Assembly (NCBI GenBank): GCA_012295275.1
Contig: CM022672.1
Span: 21,762,001-21,826,000 of the forward strand
Source: Chrysomallon squamiferum
Lineage: Eukaryota > Animalia > Mollusca
Length of the DNA: 64,000 bases
Direction of reading: 5' to 3'
The translations under genes and the position numbers were made by a program. Shown piece by piece: positions 27,501 to 39,797 of this stretch. Under the pieces are notes generated by a model that searched no databases, was not told where the DNA came from, and saw nothing but the letters and a program-made list of their open reading frames with translations. Every line of letters begins with the position of its first letter. The first letter of the stretch is position 1.

Positions 27501-28961
27501 TTAATCAGGTATTTGTCCAAATTAAATATATGTGCCTGATAATGATAAGCATCAAATAAAATGAAAAAACAAAAACAAAAGAAAAATGCATAATCTGAGT
27601 TTCTTTCTGAAATATGTATTTAATCTTGAAAAAAAATATCTCACTTATATTTATTTGGTTTATTTCCAGCCTACATGTTTACCCAAACCATCTTTATTTA
27701 AGAGAGAATTATAAACTTTTAATATATATATATATATAAAAAAAATTCAACTTGTTCCCTTCTGTACACAACAGTATTATTTATCATCCCATTTTTGTGA
27801 AGCATTACTGTTCTCATTAATTAACAATCATTAAAGACTGAGTCCACAGATCTACCATTAACAGAAGTAACTGTTACACTCACATAGTGAGGTCGTACGT
27901 CTATGTGGCCAAGCTTCTGTGGGTCACAGTCTCTAACACTGTTTATATTCAACTGAAGGATATATTCAAACCGAGGCCATAACACATTTAGAAGTGCCTC
28001 CCAGTACCTGAATCAGAAACAGAGACAAAGAGGTGTTAACATCATATAATATCTGTTATGATGTGCATATGGGCAACATGAGGTGCTTCATGTTACGGTT
28101 AAGGATCTTTCAAGTAGTAAGGGATAAATATTAAAACAATAAATAAAATAACATACAAAATTAAAATTAAATAAAAGCATAAAATAAAATGTAACTATTC
28201 ATCATAAAAAAATAAACTAGTATTAGTTTTCCGTGGTAATATACTATGGGAATGTTTCCATCAAGTTAGAATTTTGTACAACATGTTCCCCTTCAACTGT
28301 GCAAGATAATTCACCTGTCTAAGCCAGTAACGTTTCTCTTCTGCATGATAGACCTGAATCGGTACACTATGTGTATTGACAGAAAGATGGCTATAGCATC
28401 ATAGCACTCATTAATATTATCTTCCATCTGTTTCTGTAATACAGATATATTAATATTAAGTCAGTGAAACAAATAAATAAACAAAGAAATATAAATAAAT
28501 AAACAAAGAAACATATAAATAAATAACCAACCAACTAATTCATGAGAGCAATAAATCAACAAAATCAACAAGCCATATATATATATATATATATGTTACT
28601 TTCAACAATAAACAATTATCCATAAATGAAAATTAAAAAACAAAATAAGTACACAAATAAATATTTTGTCGTGCACAGGAATAAATAATAAATAAATTAA
28701 TGAATAATTTAAAACTTACTTTTAGTATGAACTAAAAGAGAAAAACACTTAAATATTTTGATTTACCATGAACATGGTCAGTGTTTTCCCCATAATGGCA
28801 TCAAAGAGATTCTGTGCCACGGATCCAGTTGCCATGTAAAAATCTGCTACAAAGAGGAACTCACGACAACAATTGTCCATCAGTGCAAAATGCAGACTGC
28901 GAAAGATTGTCTCAAAAGTGTACTGCGAAACAGAAAATAAAATAAAATATCAAACTAAAAT

Positions 28962-29156
28962 AAAAATTATATTAATAATAAAAGATGCTGAATTTCATTA
29001 AAATTCTTTGAAAGAAAAAAAAAATAATAATAAATAATAAAAAAAATGAATTAAACCCCAGAAAGAACGTGTTAAACATCTGGTATGAATGAATGGAGAT
29101 TAATTTATTTAATGATATTCAGTTTATTGAAGTTACATGGTGTTTATAATGGTGAG
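28962..29156. repeat. About 190 bp intronic repeat, two copies per VPS52 unit (also about 32523-32715, 41759-41958, 45521-45718)
   Basis: aaattatattaataataaaagat.ctgaatttcattaaaattctttgaaa...cccagaaagaa.gtgttaaacatctggtatgaa...gttacatggtgtttataatggtga. Confidence 0.88.
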
Positions 29157-30688
29157 AGAGAGAGAGGAGGTGAGGTATGTGTGATTATTAGTGTTTTTAC
29201 TACTAATGAGATAGGAATTACATAAAGACATTGGATACATCATCGCATAATTATTTAGAGGTGTGGGTTATTCATATTTATTTGAAGACATTGCAAAAGC
29301 ACACATTTTTATGTCATAATTACATTATTGATATCTTAGAAAAATACTTTCTCAGATTAAAATGATCTTGTTCAATGCAGTACACATATTATTAGTGTAT
29401 TAATATCCCACCCATGCCTGCTTAATTCTTAAATACTGAAGTTAAGAATACTGAAATTAATTCTTCACAAAAATGAAAAATGAGGATTGTCAATGTGTCA
29501 GAGTACAAACGTTTGAGAACAGTAGCCATTTGTCTAATAATAAAACAATCTGGCAAAATCTAGAACCAAAATTTGCCTGTCATTTTTCTTTATTTTATTT
29601 ATATTACAAAGATAATATTTTATATACAGTACATGCTAAATGATTCAAAAACATGTATTCATATTCAAAGGTTGTGGCTGATTTAAGTCATCATCAACCT
29701 GTTTTACAATTATTATTAAAATATATTTTTTACATGAATAATAAAAAATAATTTCAATTTCAGATGCAACCATTTTGTATATAGCTTTATCCTGCAAGTA
29801 TTTTATTTAAATAAACGTTTTGACTTATTGAGTTAAATGTATTATTTAACTAATCCAAAGAGCTCTATACAACCAGCATTATAAGCTTGATTAAAATTAA
29901 ATAAGTTTATTTTTTAATTTGTAAAAAAAATTTTATTCACATAATTATTTTAAATTACTGTTCTTTATTATTATTATTTAACTTATCCAAAGAATATTAT
30001 AGGCTTTATTAAAATTATATGAGTTTATTTTTTAATTTGTGAACATTATTTATAAATTTACTTATTTTTTAATAACTATCTTATTTTTTTTAAATTCAGA
30101 TTCTCTTCATTAATAACATTTTATATACTGGCTTCTGCCATTTTTTAACATCGTTAAAATAAGAATATTTCTAAGAAATTAGTAATATGTTAATATTAAT
30201 ATGTAAGGGTGATGTGTTTGTGTGTTTAATACCAAGTAAACCCATCCTGCATGACAACCCAAACACACATAGATACAGATGCAAATGCCACAAAAGCTGT
30301 GAATAACATTGCTCTAACTGTGAAAGGATAGCCATTTTTTTTTTCAGCTTCATTTCATTCAAAACTAATTTAAAAATAACCAAAAAATAAAAAATCACCA
30401 AATTCATGATCTGATTCCCTGCTTCTGTATTTAATTTTTAAATAACGAATACCAATATCAGTAAAAAAAAAAATTATAAAAAGAAGACGAAAAAATGAAA
30501 TAATAATTATAGTAAAATATCTCCAGGAATATTTGGCCTAAAAAAAAATCTTACTCTGGTCTCAGACTTTTGAGCAGCATGGGGAACAATGACTGGCGCT
30601 TCTAGCTCTGTTGTCAGAATCTCTCCTCGGTTGCCCAGAGTAAAAACTGTTGATCTGTTCTTTAGATGAGGCTTCGAGGAAAAGAAAC

Positions 30689-30992
30689 CTTAATATGTTA
30701 AGGCTAAAAAACAAGCACAGTAATAAAATAACTGTAATAGCCAAACTAAAAAATTAAAAGTGTACCTGTGATGGCATCAATAAATGATCCTAGAAAAAAT
30801 GTTTTTTTTTAAGAATTAAAAACTTAAAAATAAATCAAAATACAATAAAATAAAAGATAAAATAACTAAATAAAAATAAAACACAGAGAATATAAAAATA
30901 AATATAAAACCCAGAAATAAAAAGAATATATTTAAACTATTTGTTAACACCAAAGGTACATTTAAAAACATATTAAAAAAAAATAATAACTA

Positions 30993-31023
<31 letters not shown>

Positions 31024-32379
31024 TATATATACAACTTAAGTGTAATGTTTCAATGGTCTGTAACACATTTTACTTATACTTCCAAGTTATTATTTTATTC
31101 GTTTGGGTAACATATCACTGCAAATTGACTAAGTGTGACTATAAATTAACACTGTTTCAATTCTTTTCAACTCCCCCATTTTATTTCTTCACAATTGCAG
31201 GGCTAACTGACAGAAGAATATTTTTTTTCTGATGCCAGAAAAAAACTTCAGACTTCATAACAATAGAAAAATGGCCATGATAACATATGTTATAACAGAA
31301 TTGTTAGCCTTTTATAATTAGTTACTAATTAATATTGAATATTTGTTAATTAAAAAAAACAGAAGCAATTTTGGTAATATCTAGAATGAGAAAAATGGCC
31401 ACAATAACATATCTTATAACTGCTCTCTTAGGTTGTTATGGTTAGTTATTAACTAACATTGAATATTTGATAATTAAAAACAGTTATCCCATTGGAAACA
31501 TTTTAAAAACAGACACTTCACTTAACATCTTAGCAAAGGGACTAGAAAACAATATCCATTAATGTCAAACAAACTTTGCTGACAATAAAGGAAAATAATA
31601 AAATAACTGCAGTGTATGGAGGCTGACATTTGTTTTCCTCCCCCTTTTATGCCAACTGTAAAAAAAAAAGATAAAAAAAAAGAAGAGAAACATCTCTGAT
31701 AAAGAATAAAGCAAATTTACAATGATATAATTATTATTAAAGTTATTGAAGAATATCTGCCATCACAAACACATATAACTAAAGTTAGAATTCTACATAT
31801 CATGAAGCTGGAGAAGAGAGCAGAAAATGACAGTTGTCATAGCTACAAGATAAGAAAATTCATGCTGCATACAGAAATAAACCACAGAGTTCAATGTGAA
31901 GTTCAGACAGCTTTTTCTACATTTCCTTTACTGGCAGCTGATGATGTATTATCATCTTTAAAAATATATATCTACTTGCTTACTTGTTTTATTTAATGAG
32001 GTATACTGACAAACAATAAACTAACAAACAAACTAACTAACTAAATAACTAACTTACTAACTAAATAAATAAATGTTATCTGTACATAACCACGTAATTG
32101 TGTATAAAAATATCTTGAATATCTATATATGTTATATATGCATATTTGTGCAATTTTAATAATAATAATAACTGAACATACACAGAAGCACGTGCACAAA
32201 CACACCGACACACAAATTCATACATGACTCTGTACTAAATTTATTACTGATTTTGGTGATAATTAAAAAAGTAATTATATGCAGAGATATTCACTCCATC
32301 TGTTTCATATGCACATAACAGACATTACTTAACAGGCACTTGTGCATAAATTAAACAAAATGCTAAAGACAAAGGATAC
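30689..32379 (-). other. U12-type (minor spliceosome) GT-AG intron in the duplicate VPS52 copy
   Basis: 5'ss A|GTATCCTTT; branch site GCCTTAAC 5 nt before AAG|. Confidence 0.85.
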
Positions 32380-34589
32380 TTTTTTTGGCTGTATCCTCAA
32401 CTCCCATGAGATCATCTTTCCCAGCCATTTCTTCAAACTGTAAAATATAATCACACACACACACACATATATATATATATAAAGACATATTTTTAAAAAC
32501 ATTGTATTTAACTCAGTTTGTTAAATTATATTAATAATAAAAGATACTGAATTTCATTAAAATTCTTTGAAAGAAAAATAAAAAAATAATAATAATTAAA
32601 AAAAATGAATTAAATCCCAGAAAGAATGTGTTAAACATCTGGTATGAATGAATGGAGATTAATTTATTTAATGATATTCAGTTTATTAAAGTTACATGGT
32701 GTTTATAATGGTGAAATCCACTGCATTATTCATTATTGTTCATTATTGTTTCAGTTTTATTCTTTTTGTATTTTTAGATTTCATTTTTGAAACATTATGG
32801 TTCTGCCGCACAGATATGCAAGTTGAAACTGCGTAATTCATTAATGCTGCAAATTTGATTGACATGCACATCAAGAATAACAAGTTCACAGAGGATAGCA
32901 ACCAACTGTTGTTAAGACTACAAGAAAAATGAAATAAAAAAGTAATAAAAAAATGTGTTAAAATAAGAATAAACCAAACTGTGTCCATGGTGAATTTCAA
33001 TAAAATGTTCTACTAACCATGGCAATTTAATAAGCATGGCTTTTTCTCAAACACACCCATATACCCACAAACTGAAACTGACAGACAAACACACACACAC
33101 AGTTATGCTAACTGAATGTTTTTTTTTAACGTTTTCTTTATGAAATTCAGCACGATGAAATAAATTAATAATACCTTGTCTTATTAAAAAAAAAAAAAAA
33201 AAAATAAACAATTTTATTTTTAGAAATGTTTATGTTAGGATGTGGCAATCATTACCTGTAGCTTCATCAGCCTGCTAGAGTATCCCTTGAAGTAGGAATA
33301 GTAGATTTTACTCATTGTGTCTATATACTCGTCTCTCACTTCCTTTGCTACATGTCTTTCATTAGCCATTAAAAATTCATTGAAAAACCTAGCAAAAGAA
33401 AGATTAGTTTACTCACTGACATGTAAATTCAACACTTTGTACAACACTCACACATACATGTATACATACATACATACATACATACATATTAGTAGTATTT
33501 GAAAAACAAATAAGTAAGAAATAACACTGAAAAGGTGATTCAAATTTTTCACAGTAATTCCTTATGTCTTATGTAAACATAATTATAAACTTCTGGACTG
33601 AGTATTTCTATCTCTTCGTATAACAATAAATACATGTACTATCTGGTGCATAAAACATTCAAGTCTGGGAACAATATTTTGATTAGCAATAGTTTAAAAC
33701 AGATTAGCAATTAGATTATTAATAAACCTGGCATTTCATCCAAGACATTATCTTAATCCTTAATTGTTAGGTTCTTGCTAATTCCCTCTTCTTTTTATAA
33801 AATACATGAGCACCAGCTGTGATATTTAATATTAACAGCAATCATGGAGTACATACCACATTAATTAGTACAGAGGTGCATATTTGTATTATTTTTAAAA
33901 GAGGAAACTCTGGTAGCTTCATTTTTGAAAAACATTTTTCTAAGACATTTTAGATTGAGACTATTAAAATGAAGTATTACCTAAACTTCAACATGGTGTT
34001 CTGTGCTATCTGGTAGTTGGACATAGGCTTGCGAAATGAATTAATCTTTTGTAGAAGAAATTCTCTTATCTTTGCAATAGCCTAAAATTAAAAAATATTA
34101 TGAAATAAGTATTCAGAGAAAATGTAATCACGCCCTACTCCAAGAATATAAACAAACTGGAACAAAGTAACATTTAAACTATTTTTCATCAAAATCATTT
34201 AATAAAAAAGATATCATTAAATTATTAAGTAAACAACACTTTATTTGACATTCACATAAAACTTCTTATTAATGTGGCTTTTGTTAGGTAAGAAATGATG
34301 GAGAAAGAAACATTATTTCTAGCTACATTAATTTCTTATTGCATAAAGAGGTGTTTTTATTTATTTTGTTAATAATGTTAATTTGCATAAGGGAGATAAT
34401 CCAGCAAAAAAAACAAAAAAAACATTTAAATTATTTAATTTTTTTTCATGTAAAAGAAATAATTATTTCAAGTTATCAGTAAATTTTCTTTTTTCAGTTA
34501 AAATAATGCAGTCTCCATCCTCCACAGCTATTCAGACACACACACACACACAAGTATGTAATGTAAATATCTATGTATATATGTATATA

Positions 34590-34816
34590 CAGGGTGTCCC
34601 AGAAGTCACGCACCATGAAGATTTTTATTTAGATACATATGAATAAAATTTTTATTAATAATAATCATAACAAATGCTCAAATTGCTTGCCCTCTGCATT
34701 GATACATACTTCAGTTCTCTTTATAAAACTGTTTTTTACTCTGTTGAGGGTTTCACTACTAATTTATGTGTATCTAAATAAAAATCTTCATGGTGCGTGA
34801 CTTCTGGGACACCCTG
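34590..34816 (-). mobile_element. 227 bp Tc1/mariner-superfamily deletion derivative (MITE) with TA target-site duplication
   Basis: About 47 bp perfect TIRs CAGGGTGTCCCAGAAGTCACGCACCATGAAGATTTTTATTTAGATAC, with TA on both sides. The minus-strand interior encodes ISSETLNRVKNSFIKRTEVCINAEGKQFEHLL*, a transposase C-terminus of the GGHFEHLL type. Absent from copy B. Confidence 0.93.
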
Positions 34817-35320
34817 TATATAAAACTGCAATTTTCCAACAGCAAAATTTGTTTTCTGAAGATTTTGAAAAATGAGTATGCTTACTTTTTGTTATTTTTT
34901 TTTTTTTCAAGAAATATGGATGAATGTGCATGTGCATGAGATATGTATGAATATATACATAATTACACTTACATGTTTGTGCATAAATGTAACACACATC
35001 CTAATTATTTTCGTTATTTTAAAATGTCATCTTGAGATTACACCTCAAATAATTATAATGTTTGCTATTAAGAATTAAAATTATAACCTTCAGTTTGAGT
35101 TTTTCTAGAATATCTTTTACATCTTGACAAGATCTCGCATCTCGAAAACTCTGTTCTTTTACAAAATTTATCTTGTGATTGAGTTTGTGAAGTTGTTCCA
35201 GGAATTCTCTTTCTGTGACAGGTGTGTCCAGAATGTGACTGCAAAGTAATTTTAATAAAATTAAAATACCTTTTTAAGAATAAGAAAATAATTAAAACTG
35301 ATGAGAGCAACAGACAAAAG

Positions 35321-35323
<3 letters not shown>

Positions 35324-35390
<67 letters not shown>

Positions 35391-35481
35391 CAGTCAGAGA
35401 GAGAGAGAGAGAGTTAGAGACAGAGAGAGATAGAGTCAGAGAGAGAGAGAGAGAGAGAGAGTCAGAAAGAGACAGAGACAG

Positions 35482-35522
<41 letters not shown>

Positions 35523-35583
35523 AAGAGACAGAGATAGAGTCAGAGAGTCAGAAAGAGACAGAGTCAGAGAGAGAGAGAGAGTC

Positions 35584-35641
<58 letters not shown>

Positions 35642-35697
35642 AGAAAGAGACAGAGAGAGAGAGTCAGAGACAGTCAGAGAGAGATAGAGTCAGAGTC

Positions 35698-35728
<31 letters not shown>

Positions 35729-35933
35729 AAAGAGAGAGAGAGAGAGTCAGAAAGAGACAGAGATAGAGTCAGAGAGAGAGAGTCAGAGACAGAGAGAGAT
35801 AGAGGAGAGAGAGAGAGAGAGAGAGAGTCAGAGAGAGAGAGAGTCAGAAAGAGACAGACAGAGTCAGAGAGAGAGAGAGAGAGAGAGAGTCAGAAAGAGA
35901 CAGAGATAGAGTCAGAGAGTCAGAAAGAGACAG

Positions 35934-36019
<86 letters not shown>

Positions 36020-36257
36020 AGAAAGAGACAGAGAGAGAGAGTCAGAGACAGCGAGAGATAGAGTCAGAGAGAGAGACAGAGAGAGAGAGAGAGAGTCAGA
36101 AAGAGAGAGAGAGAGAGAGTCAGAAAGAGACAGAGATAGAGTCAGAGAGAGAGAGTCAGAGACAGAGAGAGATAGAGTGAGAGAGAGAGAGAGAGAGAGA
36201 GAGTCAGAAAGAGAGAGAGTCAGAAAGAGACAGAGATAGAGTCAGAGAGAGAGAGTC

Positions 36258-36302
<45 letters not shown>
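35324..36302. repeat. About 980 bp complex GA-rich satellite at the duplication junction
   Basis: (GA)n runs interleaved with gagtcagaaagagacagagata units; the + strand is overwhelmingly purine. Confidence 0.96.
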
Positions 36303-36312
<10 letters not shown>

Positions 36313-36720
36313 TGTACATAGATACCAAACGCACACATACGCAGATACACACATGCAACAATTAAAATAAAAATGACATACACAGACTTTTACGGATATT
36401 GCTTTTATAGAGAAATGGATAGTGTGTTTTTATTTCATGTATTATATATATGCTTTCATGTAAAGAACATGAAAATAAATGTAGAACGATCACACATTAT
36501 TTATTTATTTATAATTATAATTATTATTATTTTTTTTTTTTTAAAGAAAACCGATTTACTTTAAGAAAATGAAAATAACCATAGTACGATCATACCACCA
36601 ATAACTACATTAACTTCGTTGTTTTTTCTTTAAACCTCAAGAGCAAAGCAGCCTTGCTTCTAGCATCTCTTTTTGGTGCTCAATACTGAAGATAGAATTG
36701 AGAGAGAAATATTGATGTGT

Positions 36721-36766
<46 letters not shown>

Positions 36767-37258
36767 CATTTGATATCTTGGGCCTCCTCCAAAAAACTGC
36801 ATAGCTGTCTGGCCCTCTCTTTCCCCAAAGCAGCTCATATAAAAAAAAATCTTGTTGAAACATTCTTCCATAACCTGCCAGTTATATGATAAATGATTCA
36901 GTTACAAAGTTCTTATAGCAGTGTGCTAACAGTACACATGTAGGGCACATTCTCTGCATTCAAAGGAACAACATCTATTTAACAAAAAAATTTGAATTTT
37001 ATTGTATGTAAATAAATACTTTTAATCATACAAATTCTGTACAACAGCCAACAAATGCATACTGTTCTAATAACAGTTAATTATAATAATTTTAATAATG
37101 TATTGTCAAATAACAAATGATGGTAATGTAACTTCTATTATAGTAATGGTGATATAGCCAATAGAAAAACAAAATGTCTTTGATCAGGTATAATATTAAT
37201 AAGAAAGAAAAACGAAAACAGTACTATTATAATCCAAAAATAAAGTAACAATTAATAC

Positions 37259-37307
<49 letters not shown>

Positions 37308-38256
37308 TATTAATAATGATAATAATTAAAAAAATAGTCAGAAAGATAATGATGAATACTCAAAATGTAGAGTTTTAACTTTTTTACTGTATCAAAAAAC
37401 ATCAATAAATACAAACTGTATATAAAACAGTTTAATAATGTAGATGTTATTTCAGTCACTTAGTCAATCCACTTTTGGAAAATAAATATAAATTATACCG
37501 CAGTCACAGGTCATTTCAAACAGGTTTTTTTTATGAATTCACATATTTTGTTTGTCTTACATTGTTTGAAGTGTTATTTCAAAAACAAATTACAGACATC
37601 TACATAAAATTATGAATAATAATAATAATAATAAAAAAAAGGTTTTACCATCAGCCAAAAAATGTTAGCTTTAACCATCACAGATAATGTAAACAATAGT
37701 TGTATGTAAAATTCACTAAACAGGTTGTGTAAAGTTATTTATTGTTGTGTATCTACATAGGTTTCAATTTCTTCACTGCAGCCATAGTCAACTTTAGGGA
37801 ATGTTATTACGAAAGCCATCAAAAACTAACTTTCAACCGTATCATAAAAACCTTTTTTCAAAAACAGTAATTCATCAAATGTTCCTGTTATTTCTGAATA
37901 AATAAATGACTCATTTTGGTTCAACTTCTAGTTTAAAAAATTTAGTTTGTATTTCTGAACTTCATATTATAATAATAATAATAATGAGTTTTATAAAAAT
38001 TATTTACAAAACAATAATAATTTATTATATATTCCTCAAGGTTTAATAAATGCATTTTGAATAAATATATGATTATTTTCGAGTCAGCAGTTCTGTATTT
38101 CTCTGACTCAATAATGACAATGTGAATGTTAATAACAGTGAATATTAATTTTTTTTTGGTAAAAATTCAAAATAATAATTTATCATCTGCTTCTGATCAT
38201 GTTGAATAAATAAATATATGATTCTTTTTGTGTCTGCTACTGGTTGAGTCACTTGT

Positions 38257-39737
38257 TCAAAAGTTAGGTTTGTACTTCTTCACTTCGACCATGACGTGGT
38301 GGATGTTAATGAGTTCGTTTCGTATCTGCATGTTTCGGAATGGTCCTTGAGACAAAACCTTCTGAAACCGATGGTAGTACTGAATCAGCTGAGTTAGAGC
38401 TCCCTGTGGAAAAACAACAACAACAAATAATAATAATAATAATAGTAATAATAGTGAAAGTAGCGCTTGTTGTAATAGCAGTAATAATAATAATAATAAA
38501 AATAAAAATAAACAAAATACAATAGAAAAGCCAATATTGATGTCACTGATGTTTGAATGAGTGTGTATTAAAGTAACTACAGGTACCTGTAATATTTGAG
38601 TGCCATTTTTGAAGTTGGTAAATGATCTCATAACGTCCTGATTAATGACTTCAAGAGCCCGCTTCCAGTCGTTGTTGAAACCCCTCACAATCTGAGGTAC
38701 TCGCTCTACAGAGAAAGAACAGGAAAATTTCATCTGTTTACAGAATATCCTCTTTTTTTTTAAACTTAGAATACTTATGTCCATTTTAAAAGAACAATAA
38801 CAATAAAAAAAGAAATAAATAAAAAGAAGATTTCTGCTTTTAAATAAAACAGTTATATTGTTATTTAATTCCAATTTTATAATTTTATTTTTGTATGTAG
38901 ACAAGTTCCTCTGAATAAATGATTTAGATTAATAATGGTGACTGATATATATATATATATATATATTTATGTTTAGTTTAAAATTCAAAGATGTCTTTCT
39001 GTGTTTATTTATTTAAATTTTGCAAGTACATTACGATTATATTTTCTGAAACTCACTCTCTTCATTTTTAAGCAAGTCAATCTGTCCCCTCTCTACAAGA
39101 ACTTCACAGTCTTTGACAAATGTTATCATGCCACCAAAGTGAGGGGCAAGTATCTCTTCCACAAATTCCTGAGTTCTTGCTTGCAGCAAGTCTTTAAAGC
39201 TTTCTGTCTCTTTGGAATCTTCAGAAGTTCTTTCCTTGAAAGAGACAGTTTTGATAAGGTCAACAATCACATGACAAATTATTATTCCTTGGTTATGTAA
39301 TTAATTCTATCAGTATTTAACCTATTAATTTGATCAACTGTTTTCAGTGTGTTAAATGGTTAGCAAAGATATTATCTGAATAGTAGTTCTGACAAAACAC
39401 AGAGACAGTTTTGATAATAGGATCATGAAATTTGGATTATTCTTTATTTCTTGGTTCCTTATTTAATAGGGTAAGTACTGACAGAAATAATTATGCTAAA
39501 ATTTGATTCAGAATCTCAAGGGTGTTATTTGAATATTTTTAACAAAATATAATACTGAAATATAATTAATGAAATATAAACTTTTAAGCAAACAGCTATG
39601 TAAATTTCTATAAAAACAAACCCTACTCATTAAACATTTTAATGACATCATTTCAAGAAATACAATCGTAGTAGGTTTGTTATTTCAATGGAAAAATTAG
39701 TGTGTGGTGTGTGTTTGAGTGTTGTGTACAGGGTCCA

Positions 39738-39797
<60 letters not shown>

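Larger units (their letters stand above)
25521..35238 (-). pseudogene. VPS52: 5'-truncated duplicate of VPS52 (exons 8-19; frame and splice sites intact; no exons 1-7 or promoter)
   Basis: Exons 35088-35238, 33981-34081, 33256-33388, 32380-32437, 30555-30688, 28767-28922, 28315-28433, 27884-28007, 27247-27450, 26335-26512, 25863-25981 and 25521-25667, each the same length as in the full copy. May be an assembly haplotype duplicate. Confidence 0.8.

Noticed and set aside
35222-36061. 279 aa RE-rich ORF
   Set aside because: Translation of the GA satellite, not a gene.
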